Both the position numbers and the translations under genes were made by a program. From Candidatus Bathyarchaeia archaeon (GTDB lineage Archaea > Thermoproteota > Bathyarchaeia > Bathyarchaeales > Bathycorpusculaceae), in NCBI GenBank assembly GCA_038883715.1, contig JAVZLS010000001.1:32001-96000 (forward strand): 64,000 nt of DNA, in the 5' to 3' direction. Positions within the stretch are counted from its first letter, which is position 1. Each line of letters opens with the position of its first letter. The notes under the pieces are model-generated. The model did not search any database. It saw nothing but the letters and a program-made list of their open reading frames with translations, and was not told the DNA's origin. Shown piece after piece: positions 50,905 to 60,186 of the stretch.

Positions 50905-51698
50905 TCCACCAACTCCAAAACGCTTGAAGGAGCATCAGCGAGCACTATTAAGGCTTCAGCTTCCATGAAATGAAGTTTTCCGGGAAAAATGAGGCTGTAG
51001 GGTGGACCGCCAAAATCATAATGCAAAAGCTCATCGACAGAGTTAGCCTTAACAGTCGGGTTTGGGCTTCCAGCCCTAGCCACCCCAACAACAAGCGTCC
51101 CGCCAGTCACAATGCCCATTCTCTGCTTTTCCTCCACTTTTAAAAGGGTTTCAAGGGCTTCCCTAACACTCAAGTGGCGATTCTTTTCCATATCTATGTC
51201 TAATAGGCAGAGCGTGTGAAGCCCAAGCCCTTTGTTTTGGGCAACCACCATGTAAGGGGTTTCTGAAAAGTTTTCGGGAAATGAGATGGTCACACTCTTA
51301 CCGAACTTGTAATTGTGCAAGCCTGACAAGCCTATAGCAGCAGAAATTATAGATGCCCCGTGAATAACACGGGTTTTTATTCCACGCTTTTCAGCCGCAA
51401 TCCTTAGGGCTACATGCGTAGTGGCAATGAAAGGGTCTCCTGGAACCATCAAAACTGCTTTCCCGCGCTCAGCAGCCTTCAATACGACCTCGCCATTCTC
51501 CTCCTCTAGCTCCCTTCGAGAAACAACCATTAAATTCTTACCAGTCAAACCTTCAAAACGTTCTAAAGAAAAGTCAGGCAACAAGCTAGTGTAAAGTTCG
51601 ATAAAGACGCTGTCAGCGCTCTTAACCTCCTTTAAACCTTTGAGGCTCATGCTCTCTTCATCATGCAAACCAACACCAACAAATACAAGCTCGCCCAA
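50901..51698 (-). CDS. dph5: Diphthine synthase
   Basis: E.YTS, GDPFIATTH, YKFGKSVT, GLHTLCLLD, LHFME.EAL. Confidence 0.95.
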   Translation of the reverse strand: MGELVFVGVGLHDEESMSLKGLKEVKSADSVFIELYTSLLPDFSLERFEGLTGKNLMVVSRRELEEENGEVVLKAAERGKAVLMVPGDPFIATTHVALRIAAEKRGIKTRVIHGASIISAAIGLSGLHNYKFGKSVTISFPENFSETPYMVVAQNKGLGLHTLCLLDIDMEKNRHLSVREALETLLKVEEKQRMGIVTGGTLVVGVARAGSPNPTVKANSVDELLHYDFGGPPYSLIFPGKLHFMEAEALIVLADAPSSVLELVE

Positions 51699-51787
51699 AG
51701 TTTAAACCCTCGGCAAGCAAACCTTTAAAGCTAAATTTATAAAAGCGTTATCAAATCCATATCACACGATAAATACGGACGTAAAAG

Positions 51788-51892
51788 GGGCCCGTAGCTC
51801 AGTAAGGTAGAGCGGCGGACCAAACCGCTGCGCGGGGTGGGTTGAGGCTCTTAACCCGTAGGTCCCGGGTTCAATTCCCGGCGGGCCCGCCA
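51788..51892 (+). tRNA. tRNA-Lys(CTT) with 28-nt intron at 30/31 (51819-51846)
   Basis: GGGCCCG/CGGGCCC acceptor stem; removing ACCAAACCGCTGCGCGGGGTGGGTTGAG gives GCGGG-CT-CTT-AA-CCCGT; encoded CCA. Confidence 0.92.
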
Positions 51893-52040
51893 AAATTTCT
51901 AGCCAGAATTAAGATTTTCAGTTCAGATTGTTGCTTGGCAAAATTTTTGGCAGCGCTCCATAAATTGACTATAAAGTGCGGCACTAATGTTGGCTGCTTG
52001 AAGAGCCTTCCTACACCTAAAAATTCAGATTGGTGATGGC

Positions 52041-52418
52041 TTGGACGAGTTTGACAAGACGCTGTTAGAGGTGATTGACGAGACGCTTCGTTACTCGCTT
52101 GGCGAAAAGACAGTTGAAATCTTTTACGACTATTTGAGAAGGAAGGGTTTCTCCTTGACAAATGTGCCGCAAAACCCGGAATTCTTCTTCAACGAGTTGA
52201 GAAATGTGCTGGAGTTTGAGGGGCAACGCTTCCACACAGTTTCGCCCCTCGGGATAGTTTCGCTTTTGGAGAGGACAATAATAGAAATCCTGTGCAAAAA
52301 ATTTGGGGTTAAATTCGAGGAGAAAGGCCCCATAATCTTTTCGGAATGGGTGGATAAGCTAAGGGAAGCGTATCTCTTCAAGCTTTCAAAGTTAAAGGTT
52401 TTAGAGAGGCGGAGGTGA
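52041..52418 (+). CDS. Hypothetical small helical protein coupled to a response regulator
   Basis: 125 aa, LLEVIDETL..LGE....I..YL pattern; same strand and 4 nt from the receiver gene. Confidence 0.65.
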   Translation: MDEFDKTLLEVIDETLRYSLGEKTVEIFYDYLRRKGFSLTNVPQNPEFFFNELRNVLEFEGQRFHTVSPLGIVSLLERTIIEILCKKFGVKFEEKGPIIFSEWVDKLREAYLFKLSKLKVLERRR

Positions 52419-52422
52419 AAAT

Positions 52423-52890
52423 GTGAAGGAAAAGGCAAGCATCCTAATAGTGGACGACGACGTGGACATATGCAAAACATTAAGCCTGATCCTTGAAGGC
52501 GAAGGTTACAGCGTGGACGTGGCCAACACTGGGGCAGAGGCAATAGGGAAGTCGAAGGAAAAGGCCTACAACGTCGCTTTGTTGGACATAGTGCTTCCAG
52601 ACATGGCTGGAACAGAGCTCCTCAAAAAGCTCCATGAGACAACACCAAAAATGATAAAGATAATGGTGACAGGCTACCCAAACCTACAAAACGCTGTTGA
52701 AGCCCTAAACTACAACGCGGACGCATACCTAATAAAGCCAGTAAACTACGAAAAGCTGCTAAAAGTGATCGAGGAAAAACTGCAAAAACAGAGGGAAGAA
52801 GAAACCTTAACGGCAGAGAAAATCGCAGCTTTTGTAAAAACAAGAACCCGAAGGCTACTCCAAAAGTTAGAAAGCGAGGAAAGCGAATAA
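52423..52890 (+). CDS. Response regulator receiver-domain protein
   Basis: IVDDD, LLDIVLPD, VTG, YLIKP. Confidence 0.92.
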   Translation: MKEKASILIVDDDVDICKTLSLILEGEGYSVDVANTGAEAIGKSKEKAYNVALLDIVLPDMAGTELLKKLHETTPKMIKIMVTGYPNLQNAVEALNYNADAYLIKPVNYEKLLKVIEEKLQKQREEETLTAEKIAAFVKTRTRRLLQKLESEESE

Positions 52891-52947
52891 ACCACGGCGC
52901 AAACACCTTACGAATGGAAAACTTTTTAGCTAAAATTGGAAGGATGT

Positions 52948-54258
52948 TTATTTCAGTTTCTTTAATGCCTCTCTCGCTTTTTCAACCGTGTAATGGATGT
53001 CGTTCTCTGTGTGGGCAGCTGAAATGTGGCATCTCTTGTTGGGTTTCGGCAGGATAAAGACTCCACTTTTCATCATTTCCCTTTGAAACTTCATGAAAAG
53101 CTCATTATTAGAGAATGTGTCCCTATAATTGGTGATTTGCTTCTTCGTAAATACTATTTGGAAGATGGACCCAAAGCCCACAACTTGGGCTTCAATTTTT
53201 AATTGGTCAATGATTTCGTTGAGTTCATTTCTAATTTCCTCTCCAAGCTTAAAGAGATGCTTGTGCGCCTCATTCCTCTCCAACTCTTCTATCGTTGCAA
53301 GGGTGGCAGCCATGGATACGGGATTGCTGTTGAAGGTGCCTCCATAGTCAACATTACCCGTAGGCCTAAAATATTCCATGATTTCTTTTCTTCCACAGAC
53401 TGCCGCCACGGGGAATCCATTTGCCATGGCTTTGGCGAATGTTGTTAGGTCTGGCGTGACGTTGAAGATTTTTTGGGCTCCGCCCAAGTGATGACGAAAG
53501 CCGGTAACCACCTCGTCAAAGATTAATACGATTCCATATTCTTCGGTGATTTCTCTCAAAAATTTTAGGAAACCCTCCTTTGGAGGAATGCAGGTGGCGC
53601 TGCCGTGGAGAATCGGCTCAGTTATTAGTGCTGCTATCTCATCGTGGTGCCTCCTTATTGTTTTTTCCACAATTTCTTGGTCATTAAAGGGGACGACAAT
53701 TACCTGCTTTGCCGTTTCTGGGGGGATGCCTGCCGTGTCTGGAACGGGATTTGGGTGTTCTACTGGTCCTGCCTCTTTTAATGTTGGGTTTGTACTGAAA
53801 GATACTGTGTCGTGCCATCCGTGGTAGGCGCCTTCAAATTTTACAATTTTGCTTCTGCCGGTGTAAGCCCTTGCTAAACGTATGGCGTGGTAAGTGGCTT
53901 CCGTTCCCGTATTACAAAATCTGATCATTTGGGCTGAAGGAACATGAGCTGCAATTTTCTTGGCAACTTCAACCTCCAACTCGTTACAGAGACCATAAAT
54001 CACGCCTTTATCCAACTGCCTTTTAACGGCGGCTGAAACCCTTGGATGGGCGTGTCCCAAGATTACGGGTCCAAAAGCCAGATGATAATCTATGTACTGG
54101 TTGCCGTCCGCATCCCAAATCTTTGAGCCCTTCGCCATTGATATGAAAAGGGGGTAAGGTTCAAAATACCGTAGTGCGCTGTGGACGCCTCCTGGTGTAA
54201 GCTTTTTCGCTTCTTCAAAAAGCTCTTTTGACCTTTCTGTCCCTTTCATGCTTATCAT
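52948..54258 (-). CDS. Class III PLP aminotransferase, HemL/Kat-like
   Basis: PGGVHS, GPVILGH, TGTEAT, FEGAYHG, FDEVVTGFR, AKAMANG, GGTFNSNP. Confidence 0.88.
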   Translation of the reverse strand: MISMKGTERSKELFEEAKKLTPGGVHSALRYFEPYPLFISMAKGSKIWDADGNQYIDYHLAFGPVILGHAHPRVSAAVKRQLDKGVIYGLCNELEVEVAKKIAAHVPSAQMIRFCNTGTEATYHAIRLARAYTGRSKIVKFEGAYHGWHDTVSFSTNPTLKEAGPVEHPNPVPDTAGIPPETAKQVIVVPFNDQEIVEKTIRRHHDEIAALITEPILHGSATCIPPKEGFLKFLREITEEYGIVLIFDEVVTGFRHHLGGAQKIFNVTPDLTTFAKAMANGFPVAAVCGRKEIMEYFRPTGNVDYGGTFNSNPVSMAATLATIEELERNEAHKHLFKLGEEIRNELNEIIDQLKIEAQVVGFGSIFQIVFTKKQITNYRDTFSNNELFMKFQREMMKSGVFILPKPNKRCHISAAHTENDIHYTVEKAREALKKLK

Positions 54259-54259
54259 C

Positions 54260-55096
54260 TCAAGTTTTTTGGGGGAGTCCGAGGAGTTTTCTAGCCTCGC
54301 TGGGGGTGGCTATTTCTATGCCCAGCTCCTTTGCTATTCTAACAACCTTAGCCACTAATTCGGCATTGCTTTTGGCTAGGACGCCCTTGGCGAGGTAGAT
54401 GTTGTCTTCCATTCCAACTCGGACGTCTCCTCCCAAAATCATTCCAAGCGTTAGAAGTTTAAATTGAACTTTGCCACCGACGGCTATGACGTTCCACCTA
54501 CAGTTTTGCGGTAAAGCCTTTACCATATGCATGAGGTTTTCCGGCGTAGCCGGAATCCCGCCTTTAACTCCTAAAACTAGTCCAAACCTAAGGGGTTCTT
54601 TTAATAACCCTTTTTCAAACAATTGAAGTGCCAGGTTTATGTGTCCAACATCATAGCATTCAATTTCTGGTTTTATGTTTCTCTCAAGCATTATTTTGGC
54701 AATTTTCTCCACAACATCTGGAGGGTTTAAGAATACGCTGTTGCCGAAGGTCATTGTGGCCACATTCAGCGATGCAAATTCAGGATTTAGCTCAAGGGCG
54801 CACATCCTTTGCTCCAAAGAAATTCCATAAGGTCCACCGCCTCCTGTGGTAAGTTGAATAATCATGTCACATTTTTCCCTGATTCTCTCAATAACCTCGC
54901 GGTACAAATTAACGTCCGGGTATGGCTCCTTGGTTTTTGGGTTTCTAACGTGTATATGGGCGACTGCTGCTCCAGCTTCATAGGCTTTCACAGCTTCTTC
55001 GGCTATTTGCTCTGGGGTTATTGGCAGATAAGGAGTCTCCTTCCACATTGGACCTGAACCCGTTGGAGCCACAGTTATTATCATTATATTCTTCAC
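54260..55096 (-). CDS. Beta-keto acid cleavage enzyme (BKACE/Kce, DUF849)
   Basis: ITVAPTG, P.TPEQIA, AHIHVR, PEIECYD.GH, RVGMEDN. Confidence 0.92.
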   Translation of the reverse strand: MKNIMIITVAPTGSGPMWKETPYLPITPEQIAEEAVKAYEAGAAVAHIHVRNPKTKEPYPDVNLYREVIERIREKCDMIIQLTTGGGGPYGISLEQRMCALELNPEFASLNVATMTFGNSVFLNPPDVVEKIAKIMLERNIKPEIECYDVGHINLALQLFEKGLLKEPLRFGLVLGVKGGIPATPENLMHMVKALPQNCRWNVIAVGGKVQFKLLTLGMILGGDVRVGMEDNIYLAKGVLAKSNAELVAKVVRIAKELGIEIATPSEARKLLGLPQKT

Positions 55097-55244
55097 AACA
55101 TTACTCTCTATCCATTAAATGCCATAAATTTTGTCTTTTGTTTTATAAATTACACTTTTAGGCGATTCTAAAATTGAACTTTAGTTTTAATTAAATAACA
55201 AAGCTTAAAAAGAAATCGATACGTAACTGAAAAAGGGGAAGGCT

Positions 55245-56837
55245 TTGGCCGAAGTTAAGTTTGCCTTTCCAAGAAAGGCGACCGGGCTTGTCAGAGAGCT
55301 TGGTTGGTGGTCAGCGTTCTCCGTTTCCCTCAGCTACACCATTGGCAGCGGAATAAACTATTGGTCTGTGCAGGCTGCGTATTGGCATCCAGGCTCGATA
55401 ATCCCACTTGCATATATTATTGGCGCTTTACCAGCGATTTTCTTGGCCTACGTAATTACAGAAATGGGAATAATGATGCCGAGGTCCGGTGGAAGCTACA
55501 TATACGTATCAAGGGTTTTAGATCCCCATGTAGGCTTTCTAGGAGACTGGTTATACTTCGTAGCCAACAACTTCGCCACCGGAGTATTAGCAGTTATTGG
55601 CGCTGGATTCTGGGTTAAAATGATCAACCTGCTGGGCTACGCCACCAAAAATCCTGACTGGATTGTCTTCACGCTAGACAATGTGGGGTTAGGCATAATA
55701 GCCGTAGTAATTGTTACGATTTATACGCTGTTGTCATTGCTAGGCATAAGAGTGTTTAGATGGTACGTAGCGGGACTAGTTGCCATAGGCATAGTGGGAA
55801 GCTTTCTCGGGGTTGCCGCCACCTTCTATGGAATTATGAATCCAGCCTACGTAAAAGAAGCTTGGAACCTAACCTATGGTCCAGGCTCGTGGGAACAAGT
55901 GCGACAAGTAGCCATAGACAATGGTTGGGCTGATTATGTTGCAAGCGCCACCCAGAAGGCTGGAGGCACTGGAGGAGCGACCATACTAAACTTTGTGGAT
56001 ACTTTCTGGGCGTACTGGGGAACAACAGCGGCATGCTACTTTGGCGGAGAAATGAAATCTCCAAAGACAGGCTTCATAGTGGGCGTTTTTGCCGCCACAC
56101 TATTCGTAATGTTCTGGTATGTCTTAACCGTCATCGGCGTATATACAGCCTACGGAGACTTTGTCAGCCAATACTGTTACGTCTATGGAGAAGGATACGC
56201 GGATCAGGTGACAGCGATGACTATGTTAGATCCAAGCCTACCACTATTCACAGTGCCACTGGCGCATGGGCAGGTTTGGCTTCAAGCAATATTTGCCTTT
56301 ATCCCAGCCATGTGGATTTCCAACTGCTCCGGGGCAACTCTACTTGTGGGTCCAAGGCAACCTTTCGCATGGGCCTTCGACAGATTCTTTCCAGAAGCCT
56401 TCAACCGCGTGAATGAGCGTTTCCACTCACCACACTGGGCAATCATATTGACTGCAATAATTGCCTACTTGTTCATACCATTAAGCCTCGGCAACGTTTT
56501 CGTGGCAACCGTGGATGCAACATTCATCTTCATCCTCAGCCAACTCCTCATAGCCTTTGCAGGTGTAATATTACCCTATAGACGCCCGGACATCTGGGAA
56601 AGAGGGTTTAAGGCCACCTTTGCAGGCATACCAGTAATAAGCTTATGTGGCGCCTTAGCAATCTTCTTCTGGACTTGGGGATTAGCAGTAGCTGCATCTT
56701 GGCTAACCGCTTGGGGAATGGCCTACTTGGCCTTATGGGTTTTCGTTGGCTCCCTCATATGGTTTGCTTATGCAGAGCGCAACAGAAGGATAGGCATAGC
56801 ACTACAAGACATATATGGTGAAATACCGCCAGCGTAA
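55245..56837 (+). CDS. APC family amino acid/amine permease
   Basis: RKATGLVRE, MPRSGGSYIYVSR, GGEMK; 12+ TMs; C-terminal EIPP. Confidence 0.9.
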   Translation: MAEVKFAFPRKATGLVRELGWWSAFSVSLSYTIGSGINYWSVQAAYWHPGSIIPLAYIIGALPAIFLAYVITEMGIMMPRSGGSYIYVSRVLDPHVGFLGDWLYFVANNFATGVLAVIGAGFWVKMINLLGYATKNPDWIVFTLDNVGLGIIAVVIVTIYTLLSLLGIRVFRWYVAGLVAIGIVGSFLGVAATFYGIMNPAYVKEAWNLTYGPGSWEQVRQVAIDNGWADYVASATQKAGGTGGATILNFVDTFWAYWGTTAACYFGGEMKSPKTGFIVGVFAATLFVMFWYVLTVIGVYTAYGDFVSQYCYVYGEGYADQVTAMTMLDPSLPLFTVPLAHGQVWLQAIFAFIPAMWISNCSGATLLVGPRQPFAWAFDRFFPEAFNRVNERFHSPHWAIILTAIIAYLFIPLSLGNVFVATVDATFIFILSQLLIAFAGVILPYRRPDIWERGFKATFAGIPVISLCGALAIFFWTWGLAVAASWLTAWGMAYLALWVFVGSLIWFAYAERNRRIGIALQDIYGEIPPA

Positions 56838-56844
56838 ACGTTAG

Positions 56845-57561
56845 TTACCCACCTTTTTCTTTAATTTTAGTGTCAACTATTGCAAGGTAATACCCGTGCA
56901 AAATTCCAGGTTTTTTAATCACCCTTATCCCTTCATAATCAGTCCTCTGCAGCTTAATCTTATAATCTTCTGGTTTCAACCCATACTTCTCAATGGTTGA
57001 CTTTAACTTGTCAATGTAATGTTGAACAGCCTCCTTCAACCTTCTCTTTGTAGCTTCCTCCTCCTTGACACCGCCTTCCTCGGCAATTTTTTTAAGCTCA
57101 TATTTTGTTAAACTCAACATAAGCAAGGTTACATCCGCTAAAATAAAAAGCAAAATTATGCTTGGGAAAGACAAGAAAGTCCAGTACATCCACATAAAAC
57201 TGGAAGGAAGAATTACACCCCTCTGCCATAAAATAGCCAAAACAACAACAATCATGAAATAGATTAATGTGACAAAATTTAGAATTTTGTTTACCCTTAT
57301 CATTTTCCTAAGCTTGCCAGACTGCCCTATCCTCTTCAAAACTTTTTGGGTTTCTTTACTAAAGTATTTCAAATACGCCGAGTCTAAACTGACCGTTTTG
57401 GTTTTCGCCAACAACTCTTTTGGATCGTGAACTGAAGCGCTTCTTAAACCATCAAAGTAGCTAATTACAGAAACCAGCTCACTCGATATTTTCTGAGCCT
57501 TCTTCACATCCTCCTCAGTCCATTTCACTCTATCCGACCCCAAACCTTGCACTAACAACAT
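56845..57561 (-). CDS. Hypothetical 2-TM protein
   Basis: Central TM hairpin flanked by soluble N- and C-terminal domains. Confidence 0.7.
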   Translation of the reverse strand: MLLVQGLGSDRVKWTEEDVKKAQKISSELVSVISYFDGLRSASVHDPKELLAKTKTVSLDSAYLKYFSKETQKVLKRIGQSGKLRKMIRVNKILNFVTLIYFMIVVVLAILWQRGVILPSSFMWMYWTFLSFPSIILLFILADVTLLMLSLTKYELKKIAEEGGVKEEEATKRRLKEAVQHYIDKLKSTIEKYGLKPEDYKIKLQRTDYEGIRVIKKPGILHGYYLAIVDTKIKEKGG

Positions 57562-57605
57562 TAGTACAAATGTCTAGGATAAGATTATTAAGACTTAGTT
57601 GGAGT

Positions 57606-58397
57606 TTATAACCTAACTTCTTTATACCACTTTTTCTTTGTTCCAACCTGCGCTCTCTTCAACCAATCCTTGGTTTTGGGCTCCTCATCAATATATTTCA
57701 AGATTTGGTCGATCTTTGAGGTCACATCGGCAATATCTTCTGCAGTGAGTTGCTGGTACATGGGGCAGGCAGCCCTAACCTTTTTCAAGTTGGTTGTAGC
57801 CGTGTACCAGAATCCCCAATCGTTTGCAAACAACTTAGCCATGTATTTGGCATTAATTGTTTCCGGCGCGTCGGTATCGCCAATTTTGTGGTCTCTCAGG
57901 AGGACTATGACGTCTTTGGCGTCTTTCTCTGTGAATTCAACTATTTCCAGTTTGGTTAGCAGCAAGTCGACTAATGAGGCTGTTGGATAGTCTAGGTGGA
58001 ACCTATTTCGGAAATCTACCTTGTGGCATAGATCTAACGCGTCATAGAAAATGTCAATGTCAACTCTCCCTCTGTAAACCTGACGATTCCTCGTTCCAAC
58101 ACCACTTGTGAAGAAAAAGATGTAGGAGTCAAACTTCCAACCCCTCGACTCAAAGAACTTTCTAATTTTCGCCCTCTCTTTATCCGGAGCAACAAAATCT
58201 ATATCTGGAAACTCTTGCCCCTCAATTCTTTTCAGCCTTTTATGAAGGTCGATTGCCATGGGGGATGAGTGAATCCTAATGGCTGGGCCTCCTATCAACC
58301 TTAGCGTGAGTCCTTCCCTTTTGGCTTCCTCCACAAGGTCTATGGCTATTTTTACAATTTCCTCAGATGGCACTTGTTTCTTTTCCTTCTCCTCCAT
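57606..58397 (-). CDS. Putative nucleotidyltransferase (pol-beta superfamily)
   Basis: LIGG.A...H, DIDF, DIDIF, LLLTKL, K D..D. Confidence 0.7.
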   Translation of the reverse strand: MEEKEKKQVPSEEIVKIAIDLVEEAKREGLTLRLIGGPAIRIHSSPMAIDLHKRLKRIEGQEFPDIDFVAPDKERAKIRKFFESRGWKFDSYIFFFTSGVGTRNRQVYRGRVDIDIFYDALDLCHKVDFRNRFHLDYPTASLVDLLLTKLEIVEFTEKDAKDVIVLLRDHKIGDTDAPETINAKYMAKLFANDWGFWYTATTNLKKVRAACPMYQQLTAEDIADVTSKIDQILKYIDEEPKTKDWLKRAQVGTKKKWYKEVRL

Positions 58398-58400
58398 TAA

Positions 58401-59360
58401 TCATCCCTCCACCTTCCACCATTTCTCAATACCATCTTTAGTGAGGTCGATGATGAAGCCTCTAAGAACTCCCTCACTATATTCTGAACCGGGGTTTATG
58501 GCTAAGGTTTTTCCTATGTAATCTGAAGCGTAGGATTCGTGAATATGGCCGTGCAAACTTAAGAGGGGCTGATTCTCCTCAATGAATCTTCGTATGGCTT
58601 TGCTGCCTACATTATCATAAATTATTCTTCCTAGGAAGACAACGGGCTTCAGGTTCTTATCCAGTTTTGGAGCCAAATCCAGTTTGGTGCAATATGGTGG
58701 ACAGTGGAAATTTAGGATAACTTTCCTCCAGTCGCCGGAGAACAGATTCTTTATCCTTTCTAGCTTTTTCCATAACTCCTCTTCTGGAGCCTCTCGAGGC
58801 GTGTCCCATGGTGTGGGGTTAACCCATTCAAAACTTAGCATTTCATAGTCTAGGCATATGTTGACAACCTTTTCCAGCGGGTATATAACACGGTCCTTGT
58901 GGGCCTTTATCAATTCGTCAATTTCAAATGAGTCGTCATTTCCAGGCATCATAACAACGGTGACGTCTTTGGGCAGTTTTTCATCAATCATGTCAAGCCA
59001 TCTTTGAAGTCTCTCTTTCATGTAACCGCGGAATAATTCGTCAACCCTTTTTGGATTCTTCATAAGCTCGTCATACTCATCTTGGCTGCAAACATGAGTG
59101 TAAAATCCGCTGAAAGTAATCTTATCAATTAGCTTTTTTAGTTCGTCTTGGCCGCTGGCGTTTATCCATCGCCCATAAACCATGGTCTTGTATCGGCCGG
59201 GGTTTTCCTCAATTATTGGTATTATGAGTTTTCCAGTTAAATCTCCACACAACAATAGAACATTTGCCTTATACACTTTGGGGATTGAGAGCCACTTTCG
59301 CCAAACCATTTCGCTTCCGTGTATGTCTACGGCATGAAAGAGTCTAACTTTTTCAGCCAT
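58401..59360 (-). CDS. Calcineurin-like metallophosphoesterase (Icc-related)
   Basis: DIHGS, GDLTGK, PGNDD, H.PP, HGHIHE, NPGS. Confidence 0.88.
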   Translation of the reverse strand: MAEKVRLFHAVDIHGSEMVWRKWLSIPKVYKANVLLLCGDLTGKLIIPIIEENPGRYKTMVYGRWINASGQDELKKLIDKITFSGFYTHVCSQDEYDELMKNPKRVDELFRGYMKERLQRWLDMIDEKLPKDVTVVMMPGNDDSFEIDELIKAHKDRVIYPLEKVVNICLDYEMLSFEWVNPTPWDTPREAPEEELWKKLERIKNLFSGDWRKVILNFHCPPYCTKLDLAPKLDKNLKPVVFLGRIIYDNVGSKAIRRFIEENQPLLSLHGHIHESYASDYIGKTLAINPGSEYSEGVLRGFIIDLTKDGIEKWWKVEG

Positions 59361-59481
59361 TGCAAGACCTAGGAAATGCTTTACCCTTATCTTATATTTA
59401 CCTTACTCTTTTTAAAGCAACATCAAGGGTTCACTCTGAAAATTTTATATGCAAATACATGCAATTTGATTTGATACCCTG

Positions 59482-60141
59482 GTGGAATCTATGAAAGAAG
59501 AAATCCTAAATAAACTGATGAACGCGGTCCTAAGCTATGACCCGGAAGCGGCTGTTAAAGCTGCGGAAGAAGTCCTCCAAAAAGGCGTAGACCCCGTTGA
59601 GGCTATTGAAGAAGGTTTAGCTAAAGGGGTAAGAATTGTCGGAGAGCGGTTCGGCGCTGGAGAAGCCTTTTTAACAGAGCTTGTAATAGCCGCGGAAGCC
59701 ATGAAACAGGCCCTAAAAGTTCTCGAACCTGCAATTCTAAAAAGCGCTAGGGAAAAGAAAACTTTGGGCAAGGTTCTCATAGGCACGGTAGAAGGAGACA
59801 TCCACGACATTGGAAAGAACATTGTAAGCACGCTTCTCATGGTGGCCGGCTTTGAAGTTATAGACATAGGAGTTGACGTCCCAACCGAAAAGTTTGTGGA
59901 GAAAGTTAAGGAGGTTAAACCAGACATAGTTGGAATGTCCGCCCTAATGACCACTACAATGGCTAAGATGGCGGAGGTTATAGAAGCCCTTAAATGTGAA
60001 GGTCTACGCGAAAAAGTTAAAGTGATAATAGGCGGGGCTCCCACATCCAAGAAATGGGCCGAAGAAATAGGCGCCGACGGCCATGGCGGAGATGCCATAG
60101 AGGCTGTTGAAATAGCAAAGAAGCTGGTAAAAGCCGCATAG
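59482..60141 (+). CDS. Methyltransferase cognate corrinoid protein (MttC/MtbC-like)
   Basis: Cap domain + GDIHDIGKNIV B12-binding motif, SALMTTT, IGGAP. Confidence 0.93.
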   Translation: MESMKEEILNKLMNAVLSYDPEAAVKAAEEVLQKGVDPVEAIEEGLAKGVRIVGERFGAGEAFLTELVIAAEAMKQALKVLEPAILKSAREKKTLGKVLIGTVEGDIHDIGKNIVSTLLMVAGFEVIDIGVDVPTEKFVEKVKEVKPDIVGMSALMTTTMAKMAEVIEALKCEGLREKVKVIIGGAPTSKKWAEEIGADGHGGDAIEAVEIAKKLVKAA

Positions 60142-60186
60142 CCCCAGAGGCTGCTCAGCCACGTTTTGAGGGTGTGGGCCCTAAAA

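Noticed and set aside
51842-52161. ORFs overlapping tRNA-Lys
   Set aside because: They overlap the tRNA and the real downstream gene and have no protein motifs
59361-59481. Operator in the phosphoesterase/corrinoid divergent promoter (ACCCTT/AAGGGT, ATGCAA twice)
   Set aside because: Matches are too short for an AT-rich region and no second instance was found
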